Of a stretch of DNA of 64,000 nt, positions 23,901 to 35,147 are shown in pieces. The first letter of the stretch is position 1; each line of letters starts with the position of its first letter. The stretch is from Eutreptiella sp. 'Long Island Sound 2002' (lineage: Eukaryota; Protista; Euglenida). Under the pieces are notes generated by a model. It was not told where the DNA came from. It made no database searches and saw nothing but the letters and a program-made list of their open reading frames with translations. The stretch is taken from positions 15,376,001-15,440,000 of the forward strand of contig OZ038379.1 of the NCBI GenBank assembly GCA_964036045.1, written 5' to 3'. The position numbers and the translations under genes are program-made.

Positions 23901-26900
23901 TAGTTCTACGGCGTGACGGGGGGGGGAGGCAAAAATGTCGTTTGTTGTTTTTTTGCCACACCCTCCAACAACGCAGAAATGCACCAAACCGTCTGATGAA
24001 AGATGAACACACAAATGGCAGAGTCCCGTTCTGGCCCCCACCCCCATCCCTGCTACTGGGGGCGTCCGAACAATACATGAGGTTAACACCTGCCATGGCA
24101 GGTGTTGGCAGGTGCAAGCACTTTTGTGGCTGGTGGTGGACGTGCATGCACACACACGTACACACAACCCCCTGCAGTCTCAGGGACGATCATTGATTCA
24201 CCAAATCATAGATTGGGCAACGATGAGCACTTGCTCACCTTTGTTGAGCACGGTGAAAATCACCAACCTCCGTCACACTAAAATGAAACGTTTAATGGCA
24301 TTTGTCAAAAAGGTGAATTTATTCGCTTTTATTTAAAGCAGAAAAACACTTCTTCCGCACTCGCCCAACTTAAGTGAGTAAAGATTCGATAAAACTGAGT
24401 AACTTACGTGACAACCTTCAATCATGAAAGTTGAACTTGAAACTGAGGTTTCAAATCTCACAAAACGTTTTTCTCAGTCGTACTGAGGAGCCATTGCGCA
24501 CGCCAACACAGAAGAGCTCACTACGCCAACAGGGTGCGGTGCAGGAAACACAATGTGCGGCAGTCACAGACAATAAATCGGAACCCCCATGCCCCAAAGT
24601 GCGTATCATTTGCACCTTCTTAAAGCACACCCATTGTAAGAAGCACCGTGTTATTGACGCGGTGCACTGCACCAAGGCCTCCCACTCACTTTTGGTGCCT
24701 GACACGGGAGCAGAAGCACATGGCGCACGCAATGAGACACCATACCCGACTTCCCACAAATGTGGCACTTCATCTTTGTGCGTCGGTCTGCCCTCCCTAT
24801 TGCAGCATGACGGACGTGACTTCGAACAGGCTGAAGGTCATGGTTTGGGGGGGCAGAAATGGACGACGGCACCAAGCAGGAGGGCAGCCATCAGCGCCGC
24901 AAGCACATCCATTGATGCGGATTTGCGTTCTTAGGGGGGGCAGCAGAGCGTATTGCGTCAATCAGGGGATTGCACAGAGGGTCCCTGCACCATGTTTCGA
25001 ACCCCCCGGGGCAAGCACAGCCGAAACAGCAGACAGACGGAGATCCTGTGCTCAGACAAAGCTGTGCGTGGGCACGGCCCACGAGCAGGCGGTTCCTAGG
25101 GAGTGGGACCCAGTACAGCAGTAGTGACTGAAAACTATGAGGACCACACGTGCGTCCCGGGCTTAGACAAGGCCGCGCTTCTACATGACCCACAGACAAC
25201 CGGCTCTTGGGGGATTTCGGCCCCATTGCAACGACATTGGGGGAATCCTTGCACTGCGTGCGCACTGCGTGCTACTTTTAGACTATGTTCTCCCCGAAGA
25301 GCCCCCAGGCACACCCCTTGGAAACGCCCTTAGAGTTAGGTGACCCAAACTGCCCCAGCTCAGGAAAGTTGCAAACCACCTTCCTTGCACATAACACCCA
25401 TCATGCACAACTAGAAAAGCCATGAACAGCGCATTGGTCGCCACCCTCAACAACACACAACTGTCTTTTTGTTCCATTGTCAACGAAGTACAAATTGAGA
25501 ATACGCAACTTGTGTGCACAACATGACACAGTTGCAGAATTAAAGAAATGTCACATTGTCATATGTGTGTGTGTCGATGCAATCCGTACAATATTGCAGT
25601 TCACACTTGTCACACATGGACATCTTTTCAGGGTCAGACTTGGTGCAACAAAGGGCACATACATCCCCATCATCACCCACAACATCCTCATCATCATTGT
25701 CCTCCTGTGTAGGTGCGGTCCATATGTGCGAGTACGTGTTCCCACGGACCATATGGAGGGTACCGTACCTGTCTGCGAATCAAAAATTGCTGCAAATGCA
25801 AGAGTGCACGCACGTACTCATGCAACTGGGTACTGGATCCCCTCCACGTGTTCCTTACGATGCCCCAGTGCCACATGCGTGCAAACAAGTGCTCAATACG
25901 TGCCCTGTAGAAACCATGAACACCATTGCACTCCTGTTGTCGCTCGGTCAAAGTCTTTCGACCGATAAATGGCCATGCCAAATGGAGGCGCCCCCTGTAT
26001 GCACCATCCATGGAGCCAATCTCATAATCCATATAATGCCCCTTGCTCCTTTTCGGCCCTTCGCAATCCCAAATGAGAACATCCGCCGATGTCCCGGGGG
26101 CCAACGGACAAATCCAAACGATATTACCAAGACTATCAATGGGGGTCGGAAATAGCCAAAAAAGATGCCCTGCATGCGCCTAAGGCTCCCTCCTAAAAAA
26201 GAGTGGATGTGGTGGAGATGAGCCAAAAAATGTGAAACGGGGTGGAAATGGGTGAAATCGGGTGAAAATCCAAAAATGCCATATCCCCAATGTGGAAAGC
26301 ATCAAAACCTACGCAACGGGGCAACAATGATGCCCCTAGTATCTCATAGCATGGGTCTCTAGTACGGCCATACGCCCAAATAGTTGCACTGCGCGCGCAC
26401 TGCGCTTAAGGCGCCCCCATTCACTCATAATCACACCAGAAACAAATGGAAAGCAAGTTGCAGTCTGAGGCACACGGTCATGATGCGCAGACACAACTGT
26501 GCACGCACATGACCCGCCCCCCCTTTCCCACGACAACCGGCTCACGAACATGTCATCTCACCTTATCGGACACAACAACTGCAGTCACGATAACGCTGGT
26601 CAAACGGGTCACCGTGCTGAGCCATGATCTGACGATGGCCGTCACGCACACCCAATGCTCAGTGCAACTTGTCCATAGGCGCCGGAACGCACCCTCACGA
26701 CATGTGCCCTGGATCCAACAAGACGCCGTCAGGCACCCCAAATCGGTCCCGCGTGCCGCGTGGCCGCTGGGCTGGCGTAAGAGGGGGGGCGGGGGGCACT
26801 ACCAGCTGAGCACCGGAATCCGCGGTGCCCCAACAGGCGTCACTCCACCGGCAGCAGTCTGCCGATTGCCATGCCAGCAACCGCGAACGACAGCCCGCGG

Positions 26901-28983
26901 AATGGGAACCGCCCCTCAGTGAGGGCGGTTCTTTTGAGCGAGGGGGGGAGGGGGGTGGGGGTTTTGAGGGTGGAGGGAGGGTGGGGGGGTTTGGCCAGCG
27001 CACCCCCCCCCCCCTTGTCTTTGCACCCCAAAATGTATCACAGCAGGTCTTTTTCCTTTTGGTGCTGGGTTTTGTTGTAAAAACAGATGATTCATTCCTG
27101 GAGGGTTGCTGTCAATTCATGGACATTTTCTGAACTTCCCGGAGCAGTGCACAACCCTTGCCCTAGCCCTGCGTATGCAATAGTGGCCCAGTAGAGACGG
27201 AAACAATCTTGTTCAAATGTACTGCATGCTGGTCAACGTGAAACTAATGTTGTTGTTCATTCTCATTTACTCACTCTCTGAACCAGAGCTGGAGTCAGAG
27301 CTAGAGCTACTGCCAGAGTCGGAGCTAGAGCTGGAGCTCGAGGAGTAGGTCATTGCAGGACCCTCATCTCCCTTGTCACAGGAGGTCATAGGAGCCAGCT
27401 CTTCTTCACTATCATCAGAACTACTATCCTGTGCCTCCAGGTCCATGTCAATCTTGCGTCGCTTCCCTTTGTCTTTGCGTGACTGCCGAATTACACGCAC
27501 CCTCCGTGTCTGTCTGTACCGCTGTACCACTTGACTGAAATCATACTCCGACCAAGAAATGGCATCTCTGGCAACCACCAGCAACTTTTCAAGTTGGTCC
27601 ATTCCTAAGGTACGGCGGTCATGGGAATTGATGCAGACATATGCAGACAGAGCACATACTTTGAACACAACACAACAGGCAAAGGGGGGGGGGGGCAGGA
27701 CAGTGCAGCATCCCAATGATTCTGTCCTCGGTGTCCTACACTGAATTTTCCCCTAACCAACACCTTCAAAAGCCGAAGCAGGAGGGGTTACCGGTAGGGG
27801 AGGGCCGAGAGTCTCGTAGGGGCATTATTTACAGCATTAAGGTAACCCTCTGCCTTGCTCTCCTGGGCTCCCCTGTGCCAAGGCATGCTCTCGGCCCCCC
27901 ACACCCGGCCAAAGAACCCCTTGGCCTACCTTGGCACGAGACCTGCAGACAGCGTCGTTTAACTGACAGGAAAGAAAATATATAAAAAAAAAGAGAAACA
28001 AAAGTTTTGGAAGTGACGCAGTCTCAGGCCCCCAATGCTCTGTTTAACGGAGGGTGGGAAGAGTCGAGAGCAAGGAGAGGGGGGTAGACAGCAGATTTGG
28101 TCCCCCATGATGAAGGGGGGACCCCCAGTAAGTATGCACTGTCACGAACCACAAAACTGAACTTTTGCAGAATTGGAATGGGGGGGGAGGGGGGGAGGGG
28201 GGGAGGGGGTTTGTGGGAGGGAGGGAGGGGGTTTTGCACCCCCTCCCCCCCCTCCCCTTGGTATTTAATTATTCTAAAGAAGCCCTGCCCCTCACGGTCC
28301 ACCTGCATTCTGCTGAGAGAGACCCTGCCACCCGCCGTCAGTGAACCGACAACCGCCGTCAATGGACTGCCAACTGCAATGGACTGAACCACCAACAGCA
28401 CGTCATTCCATCCTCCGCATGGAGACACCCCGCCACGATAACGCAGGACGCAATGCGCTGCTCTGCCCTACATCGACCCGCTGCCCTCGTTGTGGAGGCG
28501 TACCAATTGGGCACTGCTTGGAGGTGTGGCCGTGCTTGCCACATTTGAAGCAGTGCTGGTTTGACTGCTTTGGTCTGCCACGCTCTTCTTCCTCATCCTC
28601 TGGTTCGGCGTGCCGGTCTTCTGCAATGCAAAGAGGCAGAGCGATCGAGTGCGTAGCGAATGATGCACTGCACAATGCTACCCCGAGATGCATGGGATCG
28701 GGGGGGTACCCTCCCTTTCGGTGGCCCCAGCCCAGCTGCCCCGCCATTCTCCCTTCGCTGTCCCCGCCGCAACGGCATTTGTAACCGATGGCAAGGGCTC
28801 CGGGTCATTCCCGACCGCTCCCGATGGCGAAAAATGTCCCTCTTGCAGCAATGAACGATCGGTCCCTCTTCGTGCGCGAGAGCGCCTGTGCGCCACTCCA
28901 CCAGGGCGTGAGGATAGCCACCGCGTGGAAGCAAACACCGACAGCCGCGCTGCCGTCTCAGTGCCTTGGGGTGAAGACTGCAT
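17762..28983 (-). CDS. Tandem CCHC zinc-knuckle plus TatD-like (probably catalytically dead) protein; 9 exons, about 496 aa
   Basis: join(28710..28983, 28504..28620, 24746..24796, 23612..23699, 22877..23091, 22139..22287, 20869..21065, 19324..19510, 17762..17974) = 1491 nt. All introns are GT-AG with matching phases (1,1,1,2,1,0,2,0). Knuckles: CFKCGKHGHTSKQC and CHICGKSG|HIKSEC. TatD motifs: LVDGFANL, VYGLIGLPPERA, VGLSCGLNF, EQVRVCKEQMAFAKAHQLPVVFF, LYLSFSGALTF, IPLRKVLLESNAP, LAQLKRITVEEVLQAAHDNALQFY. Confidence 0.85.
18935..19095. repeat. Fold-back repeat built from AATTGCG(G/A)AA units (MITE-like), in TatD intron 8
   Basis: TTTTCCGCAATT near 18947 is the reverse complement of the tandem AATTGCGGAAAA units at 19020-19090. 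Confidence 0.7.
19324..19510 (-). CDS. CCHC-TatD gene exon 8
   Basis: ctcag|G YQGTHPELPLKLARALPNLYLSFSGALTF...IPLRKVLLESNAPLEVPTG|GTATGC. An alternative phase-0 donor GAG|GTACCC lies 12 nt upstream. Confidence 0.85.
20869..21065 (-). CDS. CCHC-TatD gene exon 7
   Basis: ttggcag|VGLSCGLNFSLPVDEEEQVRVCKEQMAFAKAHQLPVVFFTKDADKRTLELL...RVLI-AG|GTGCGC. Confidence 0.88.
22139..22287 (-). CDS. CCHC-TatD gene exon 6
   Basis: tctgcag|AA CLLTND...VYGLIGLPPERAMEWD...WGDRV|GTATGT. Confidence 0.85.
22530..22740. repeat. Degenerate (AATRC)n pentamer array in TatD intron 5
   Basis: Recurrent caatg/caata/aatgc units. Confidence 0.75.
22877..23091 (-). CDS. CCHC-TatD gene exon 5 (start of TatD barrel)
   Basis: ctctgcag|A WPQIAVPLVDGFANLRSLF...TVKTCVSHFPPVGQDSLA G|GTCTGT. 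Confidence 0.8.
23205..23470. mobile_element. Palindromic poly-G/C MITE-like insertion in TatD intron 4
   Basis: Hairpin GGAACCGTCAC-caa-GTGACGGTTCC at about 23247-23271. CCAAGTGACGGTTCCCCCCCTGGGGG recurs at about 23399. The family motif aaattttcttcggcgcctttggcgcc is at about 23338. Confidence 0.6.
23612..23699 (-). CDS. CCHC-TatD gene exon 4
   Basis: tcag|GC CAC ATC AAG TCT GAG TGT (HIKSEC)...EVQEEF-GA|GTATGC; phase 1 to phase 2. Confidence 0.85.
24746..24796 (-). CDS. CCHC-TatD gene exon 3 (first half of knuckle 2)
   Basis: 51 nt: aatag|GG AGG ... KMKCHICGKSG|GTATGG; completes a C-X2-C-X4-H-X4-C motif with the next exon. Confidence 0.85.
25540..26135 (-). pseudogene. Harbinger/IS5-like (DDE_Tnp_4) transposase C-terminal remnant with an acidic plus Cys-rich tail; one frameshift
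   Basis: DSLGNIVWICPLAPGTSADVLIW...DGAYRGRLHLAWPFIGRKTLTERQQECNGVHGFYRARIEHLFARMWHWGIVR matches the D-GY...PF...LT..Q..N..H...R..IE..F pattern. A frameshift near 25730 leads into HIWTAPTQEDNDDED...CALC...CDKC...C..C. Lies in TatD intron 2. Confidence 0.8.
27270..27660 (-). pseudogene. hAT-like transposase C-terminal (dimerisation domain) remnant with an acidic Ser-rich tail
   Basis: SAYVCINSHDRRTLGMDQLEKLLVVARD resembles the hAT S..N.I....R..L....L..LL motif. It is followed by a KGKRRK NLS-like segment and an S/D/E tail. Lies in TatD intron 2. Confidence 0.55.
28504..28620 (-). CDS. CCHC-TatD gene exon 2 (zinc knuckle 1)
   Basis: Acceptor ctctttgcattgcag|; EDRHAEPEDEEEERGRPKQSNQHCFKCGKHGHTSKQCPI; donor G|GTACGC. 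Confidence 0.85.
28710..28983 (-). CDS. CCHC-TatD gene exon 1 (putative N-terminus)
   Basis: MQSSPQGTETAARLSVFASTRWLSS...ATERE; phase-1 donor G|GTACCC; 89-nt intron to exon 2. The start codon is not independently confirmed. Confidence 0.6.
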
Positions 28984-31149
28984 GGTGCACGGGGCGTTCC
29001 CCCGTGGGTGACGCTTGCGGACATGCCAACAGCGTCCGTGCGGAAGTCAACGCATTATTCGGGACAGCCGGGGGGCGGTCTCAACAACTCCGACCCGGGG
29101 GCATTGCACTTGAGTGAGGGGGTTTGGGAAAAACGGGTGGGGGCAGCACCTACTCCAGCGCACTTCCAAAAATGCCTCATACACATCCCCCCCCCCGCCT
29201 CCCATGGCAATGGCAATGGCACAGGCAATGGCAAAGCAAACATCCAGCAGACGCTGCATGTCCGAGTTCCGGGACCCCTGCTGGCGTAAAGGCGGAAGGT
29301 GGGGAGGGGGGTGACCGGGGCAGCAATCCACAGCGCAACGGGGCATACCTTCCTCCCGCTTGGGCACCGTTTCCGGATCTGTCACAATGGGGGCCTCCGC
29401 ACGGTGCTTGCCTTTCCGCTTGCCTCTAGAAATCGCACGGCGGCAGCCAGACCGCTCCCCAACGCCATACTCCACAAGTACTCTTCACCCACATCACCTC
29501 GGTGCCCGATCCACTACCACTGCCTTCTTCCATGCCACTTTAGAAATCACCATCAACTGATGGGAGAGACTCTGCATCCGAAAGAGTCTTGGTGTGTGAA
29601 GCTGCACCGTGAACTTGGCGCAGAAATCCCACGAAAGCACAAAAATCCTAAAGTCTGAAAAAACACTGTTGAGCTGTAAAGTAGAATGTTCAAGTTGACC
29701 CCCCCCAACCGGAGGAAATTGCAAGGGCACAGGAATCGCACAGGCAGGGGGGGGGGGGGTACTTCCGGGTATGAAAAGTGTTTTGGGTATCAGAAAGAAA
29801 GTGGTGCGGGGAAAGGTAATTTGGTAGGTGCCCTCCCAAGTCCCTGTGACACTTGGTAAGAGGGAGGTGCACCAACGGTCCCAAATCTGCAAAACTGTCT
29901 TCAAACTGTTCTAGAAGACATCCAATCCATTCAGCCGCACGCTTTGGGCCAGGTTTTGGAGGCCCAGGTTGCTCCACAGGTTTCAAATCCCTGGGAATCC
30001 ACTTCTCCTCACGTATGCCGGTGCCGTCCTCTTTTGTCTGACGACAAACTTCAACGCAATATCACGTACGCAGATGACGAGCCCCGCAAAATTACAAGTG
30101 GCCAAGTGACCATTCCCCCCTCGTCCCAAAGAGGGGGGGGATTTCAAGGAAGGAGGGTCTCTGGCGTACAGGTTTTGCAGCATTAGTCATGGCTGAAAAG
30201 CTCATCAAACCACAGGGACGGGGGTTGCAGTGTCAAGCACAATTTCGTATGACTGGAACCCAGGCATTAGAACAGGCGTGATCCAGCTGCTCTGTCCAAG
30301 TATACGCAGCTCACAAACAAGTCGTCGCGCATCTTGCACGCCAAAAATAGCGGTTCAAAAAAAACAACAACAGTCAGACGGGGTCGCCGTGCTTGCCTGG
30401 GGGGTGGGGGGGCTCAGGCGCGCTCGCGTGAGCCCCCGGGATTCACAGTACCGAACCGACGGCACCGAATTCAATTACGGTGCCAAAACATGACGGTTCC
30501 TGCGGGTAGTGTGGCTTGGGCAGCGCGTAGCTCAAACGGATGCCAGGTCCAATTTACTGAAACGCGCGAGTCCACCCCGATAATCCGCCACTGGCTGTCT
30601 CCCTGCCAACTACGAGAGGGGCGTCTCTGTTGCATTGAGCTCACCTGACGCCTGAGACACAGCCACAGCAACTTACTTGGACGGCTTCACCGGACTCTCT
30701 TCGCCGCTGTCAATGCCCCCCTCAAGCTCTGCCGCAAGGTCCTTTGTCTTTCTTCGGCTCATCTTTCCAAAGAACTCCGAGGCATTGCTTCAAAGTCGTT
30801 TAGCGTGAAATACGACGGCGAAGCTGCAGAAGCCTCACAGCAACAAAAAGATCAACCGCTCCGAATCTTGACACATCCGGACACGGGGCTGCAAGCGATG
30901 CCAATGCGTGGGACACACTCTACACGGCAGAAGTGTATTACACATAAAACATCAGTACGGCACCCCAAGGACTCGGAAAACACTGAGGGAATGGTGTTGT
31001 TGAATGATGTTGTTGCACTGGGTGCCACCGCAGGGCACTGGCTCACAGCTCCAGGCTTTGACCCTCCCCCCCCCGCCCGTGTGTCTTGCAGCTGGAAGTC
31101 GGCGCCAAAGACTTTCCTAGAGCCCAACATGTGCACAGAGGCCCTCTGC

Positions 31150-32950
31150 ACGTCAGAAACTAGGGGTCTTGCACGAGTATCGGTGTGCAATGGGTGGCAT
31201 GCCAGCAGGTGGCCGCCTCCACACTCCCAAGTCTGCATTGGAGCAGCGCATTGAGAAGGCTGGTCGTTTGTCGTTGTGGCGTCTTGTCCACAAACATGTC
31301 GCGAACAACAAAACAATCACAGACTTCAAGGGGCAAGGTTTCCCCATTTCATCGAAGCAACACAAACAGGCGCCTCGACCAGCCCTGTCCAAGGGCTTTC
31401 TGAATGACGCCACCCCATTCCCGTACCAGATGAATCATCAGGGGGCTGTACAGCAACAGTGGATTGAGTTTGAAATTCTTCATCCCGGCCCCTGCTGGAT
31501 GCTGTACGCATGTGGACACACAAGACCGAAGAAGCAGACACCGTTGGTTCTTGGTCTGCATGGCTTGGACCTTGCGGGACCCGGAGTGGACCTTGAAGTT
31601 CCGGCGCTGTGGATGTCCCTTTCCCATCATGATTGCAAAAAGATGTTCTTTAAACAGTAAGCGGGGCTGAGACAACAATCAGTCCCGGCAGCGGAGCCAC
31701 CACTTCGCTGCACTACTCATCCAGGCACCACTCATCAGCCATACCCACACGAAACGGGGCATCCGGTACATTTGATGTATCCCATTTCTCATTAGGTACC
31801 ATCAACGGCCGGGGGCTACAGGGGGGGGGGGGGGTACTTGTGGCAGCACCAAGTGCCGCAGCATAAAATGGCCTGATAAGGTGTAAATGTGAAAGTCACA
31901 ACGTCATGGTGCAGGTTTCTTCGGAGGGCAGAATTCTTCTTCTCGAAGCTTCGCACCCGTGTACCACTGACTCAGACCACTTTGCACTTGTAGAATGATG
32001 TGTTTTGGAACTAGAGGCTTCTGGTGTGCGTAGGCAGCAGTTGTGGGGTAAATTCATTGGTGCAACATGTCCATGCCTCGACACCACAATACCCTGTGTC
32101 ATAGACTGCGGTGGACAAATGGTTTTGGCGAGTGCCAAGGTACGCCAGACAGGCCGCAATTTGTTGGCTGCATTCTCCTGGTTTCCCTTCACATGCAACT
32201 TACTGGTTGGTGGCTGGCCCGTCCTTGACCGTTTGAGCACAGGGACCAGCGAGGCTTGCCACTCTGACGGGGACGTTGTTCCCATTGATGTTTTCCGCGT
32301 GACAATATATCTGAGGGCACGTTGCACTATTCCCATATGCTTCAGCCACAAGTTTCGATATCTGGTCATACAGTGGGTGTTTGGACCGTGCACAAGTTTC
32401 GGGGCGTACCCCCCCCCCCCCGTGTCCAAGAACCACCTTGCGCAAGAACCAACCCCTGGTTCCGCGGTCAAATTCTCGCATCACTTTTTTTACCAGGGTA
32501 GTGGGTTTTTCATGTTTCTGGTGGATGTAGGACAGCTATTCAGGTGTGCAGGACATCATTTCATGTGTGTTACTATGGGTCCCCCCATCAGGGGGGACCC
32601 TATCAGTCACTCACAGGCGCATTCATTCGTCAACGTGGTTAACTGTGGGAAAGGAGAGGGCACGCATGTCCTGGCGCAACGCGCCGGAAATTTTTTTTTT
32701 TCCGCGGTACGGGGTTGCCCACGGCTGTGCGCAAGAACCAACCCCTGGTTCCGCGGTCAAATTTAGGGGGAAAAGTGTGCGCAAGAACCAACCCCTGGTT
32801 CCGCGGTCAAACATTGCTGGTTCTTGGACACGGGGGGGGGGGGGGGTACTTGGCAGGAAGGGCCCAGAACCACTTGGCCCACAAGCCGACGCAGGTTGCA
32901 GAAAGCAGACACCAGGATTCACCACTGCGTACGCCATTGTCTCGTGCATG
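31150..32950 (-). pseudogene. Degenerate non-LTR (LINE-like) reverse transcriptase remnant
   Basis: Scattered frames give ACGPSG (cf. APGPDG) at about 32880, PSEWQASLVPVLKR...NKLRPVWRTLALAKTI (cf. P..WK.A.V.PI.K...NYRPI.LL...K), and NFKVHSG...LNPLLLYSPLMIHL. Many stops and frameshifts; interrupted by a MITE. Confidence 0.45.
32409..32846. mobile_element. MITE with poly-C/poly-G-tipped TIRs and a TA target duplication
   Basis: TA|C13-GTGTCCAAGAACCA ... TGGTTCTTGGACAC-G15|TA. Three identical internal 33-bp repeats lie at 32440, 32729 and 32779. Confidence 0.85.
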
Positions 32951-35147
32951 AGGTTGGTGGCAAGATGGACGGGCGCTATAGGGGCAGTTACACAAACGGA
33001 GCGGTCGAGCGGCGGGAGGCGGTTTCTGGCGGTTGCACGTGCGGTTGGCTGCGGCTGCGGGTGTTAACAAGTGCTGTTTTGGATGTCCAGGGTAGTCGTC
33101 CAAAACAGCACATATCATTTGTTTGTGGTGGCCCTTGCCCCCCGGTAAGCGAACCCCTGCCCTTGTCTTTTTGAGGGTGAACATCAAATAGCAATTGGTA
33201 CTTCCTGTTCCATGAACGTGGTCGTGTTTTGTGGAGGCACGTGCCTCAAGGCTGTGTACGGCTATGGGGAGCGAGGGAAATACAAAGCAATGCAGAAATA
33301 TCGCAAGCGTGAGACCGTAACCATCTGCCTTGTCCCTGTCTCGCAGGCCGCTATCCAGAAACAGTGCACCTTCAGCGGCATATTGCACAGCAGGAACGCC
33401 ACATGGTCCATCCAGTGAGGGGGAAGGGGGGTGAGAGGGGATGCGATGTTTGTGGGTGAGGACTCTTCTTCGGAAGGCGAGGGGTTCCGCCCAGGGTCGA
33501 TTGTTGAGGGTCCGCCATGCCCGGGGGCCTTCGGGGGTGCGCGGCCGTCCTGAGGGCCACAGCGCCTTTGCATCGGGGAAGACAAAGCGTGGGTCGTCCC
33601 TCATAACGTCGAACAAGAACCGCAGTCGGACCCAGAGGCCGCACCAGAAGGGGACGGTCCGCGCGGCAATGAGTCCGGGAACGGGAGACAAGGGGTTGGG
33701 CAGTTTTTTAGGGAAACATCGCCTCACCCCAAGTCAACATACTTGCCCCCCTGTGCGCAATGGCAGGCGTTGGCCTTTGGTGGGGGGGGGGGGGTCAACA
33801 GGTCACAACAGGTCAGGGGTGGACCTGCCATCGCCTGCCTCCCCACGACCTTCATTGCCCCATCAGTGCACCGCGTAACAGTTTGCGCATTGTGCTGCTG
33901 CACGAGTGCTTCGCATCCCCGTCCTCCCTGAATAGGGTCAGAAGGGGGGTTCACCCCATCCCCGCCACAACCGCCCTCCACATCCCAAACGGCAGTTGTC
34001 TGCGCCCCCAGCCCCCACCAACCGCATGTGCAACCGCCATAAAGCACCTCCCACCGCTGCACTGCTCAGCAGCAACCGCTCGTCTAACTGCCCCTGTGCA
34101 GCCCTTTGCAGCCCGTCTGCCTCCAGCGATCCCCCGTGCGGCCGGGGGGTGAGGGGGGAACACCGCGGGGGGCAGCCCTCATGGCGGAGCGCCGCGCAGT
34201 CCAGGCTTTCAACGTCATCCCAGACGTCTCGCACGTCTCTCTCGGGACGCGCAACGCCACGCCACTGCGCCATGAGGCCTCGTCCAGCAGCACAGCCCCG
34301 CTCCACAGGGCTCACCAGAGGCCAGTCCGCAGAACGGGGTCAGGGCTGACGGATGCAACGACAGGCGGAGCGCAGGGACCGGGGCTCGATACACTGCGAG
34401 GGGGCTCGCGGATGCGAACGCGTGTGTGAGGGCGACCGCCCGAATCTCAAATGGGGACCCAATGCTTGAGAACCGCGAAATGTATTGGGTCGTGGGTGGG
34501 CGGGCGGTGACATGAGCGTTGGGGGGGCCGTTCATGAAATCACCGATACGAGAGGGGGGGGGGGGATTCGACACTGCCACCCGGTGTTCCGACCTTTTGG
34601 GGGGTGCCTTGTGGCCCCGTCAATCGATTGACACTCCTCTGTTTTCGCAGACATATGCGCCCGTGCGGCGCGGTACAATCGCGCGGCGAACAACCCCCAA
34701 AAGCCATGAAGTGGGCGGTGGAGGCATTGCTCACCACGCGGGCCCCATTACGGGCGTCCTCAGGCATGCGGCGCAGGAATGTGCACCGCATGCCGCAGCT
34801 GCTGAGAGCACCGCGTGTGGTGCTGCGGTCTGCCTGTACGCGTGGGTGGCAGGAGGGCGGGTATGCCGCCCCCGCCCCGTCACCTCAGGGCGAGAGGAGT
34901 GTGTGACTCATCACCAGACGCATCACCGTCCTTCCCCTGCTCCCTCCCCGTCCTCAGACCCCTCCGACTTCTTTGCGTCTCGATTCCCTTTCGGCCCGTC
35001 ACCGGACCTTTGCACTTTGGGGAAGGGGGGGGGGGGTCGTTTGGGACCCTGGGGTCGACGCACCCACCCATCCACATCAGAATACATGAAGCAGACGAAA
35101 AAGGGAAGTCAGTAGAAGAGTCGGTCCTGATGGCGTGTCTGGGCGGG

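Noticed and set aside
25160-25250. CGSCRSA segment as the first half of zinc knuckle 2 via a non-canonical intron
   Set aside because: It has no GT donor, whereas 24746-24796 (KCHICGKSG|GTATGG) gives a perfect canonical, phase-matched solution.
32432-32811. Three identical 33-bp repeats as a CRISPR array
   Set aside because: The spacing is irregular (289 and 50 bp), the context is eukaryotic, there are no cas genes, and the repeats lie inside a TIR element.
32807-33727. 306-aa minus-strand ORF as a gene
   Set aside because: It has no recognisable domain or supported splice structure, it runs into a MITE end, and long chance ORFs are common at this GC content.
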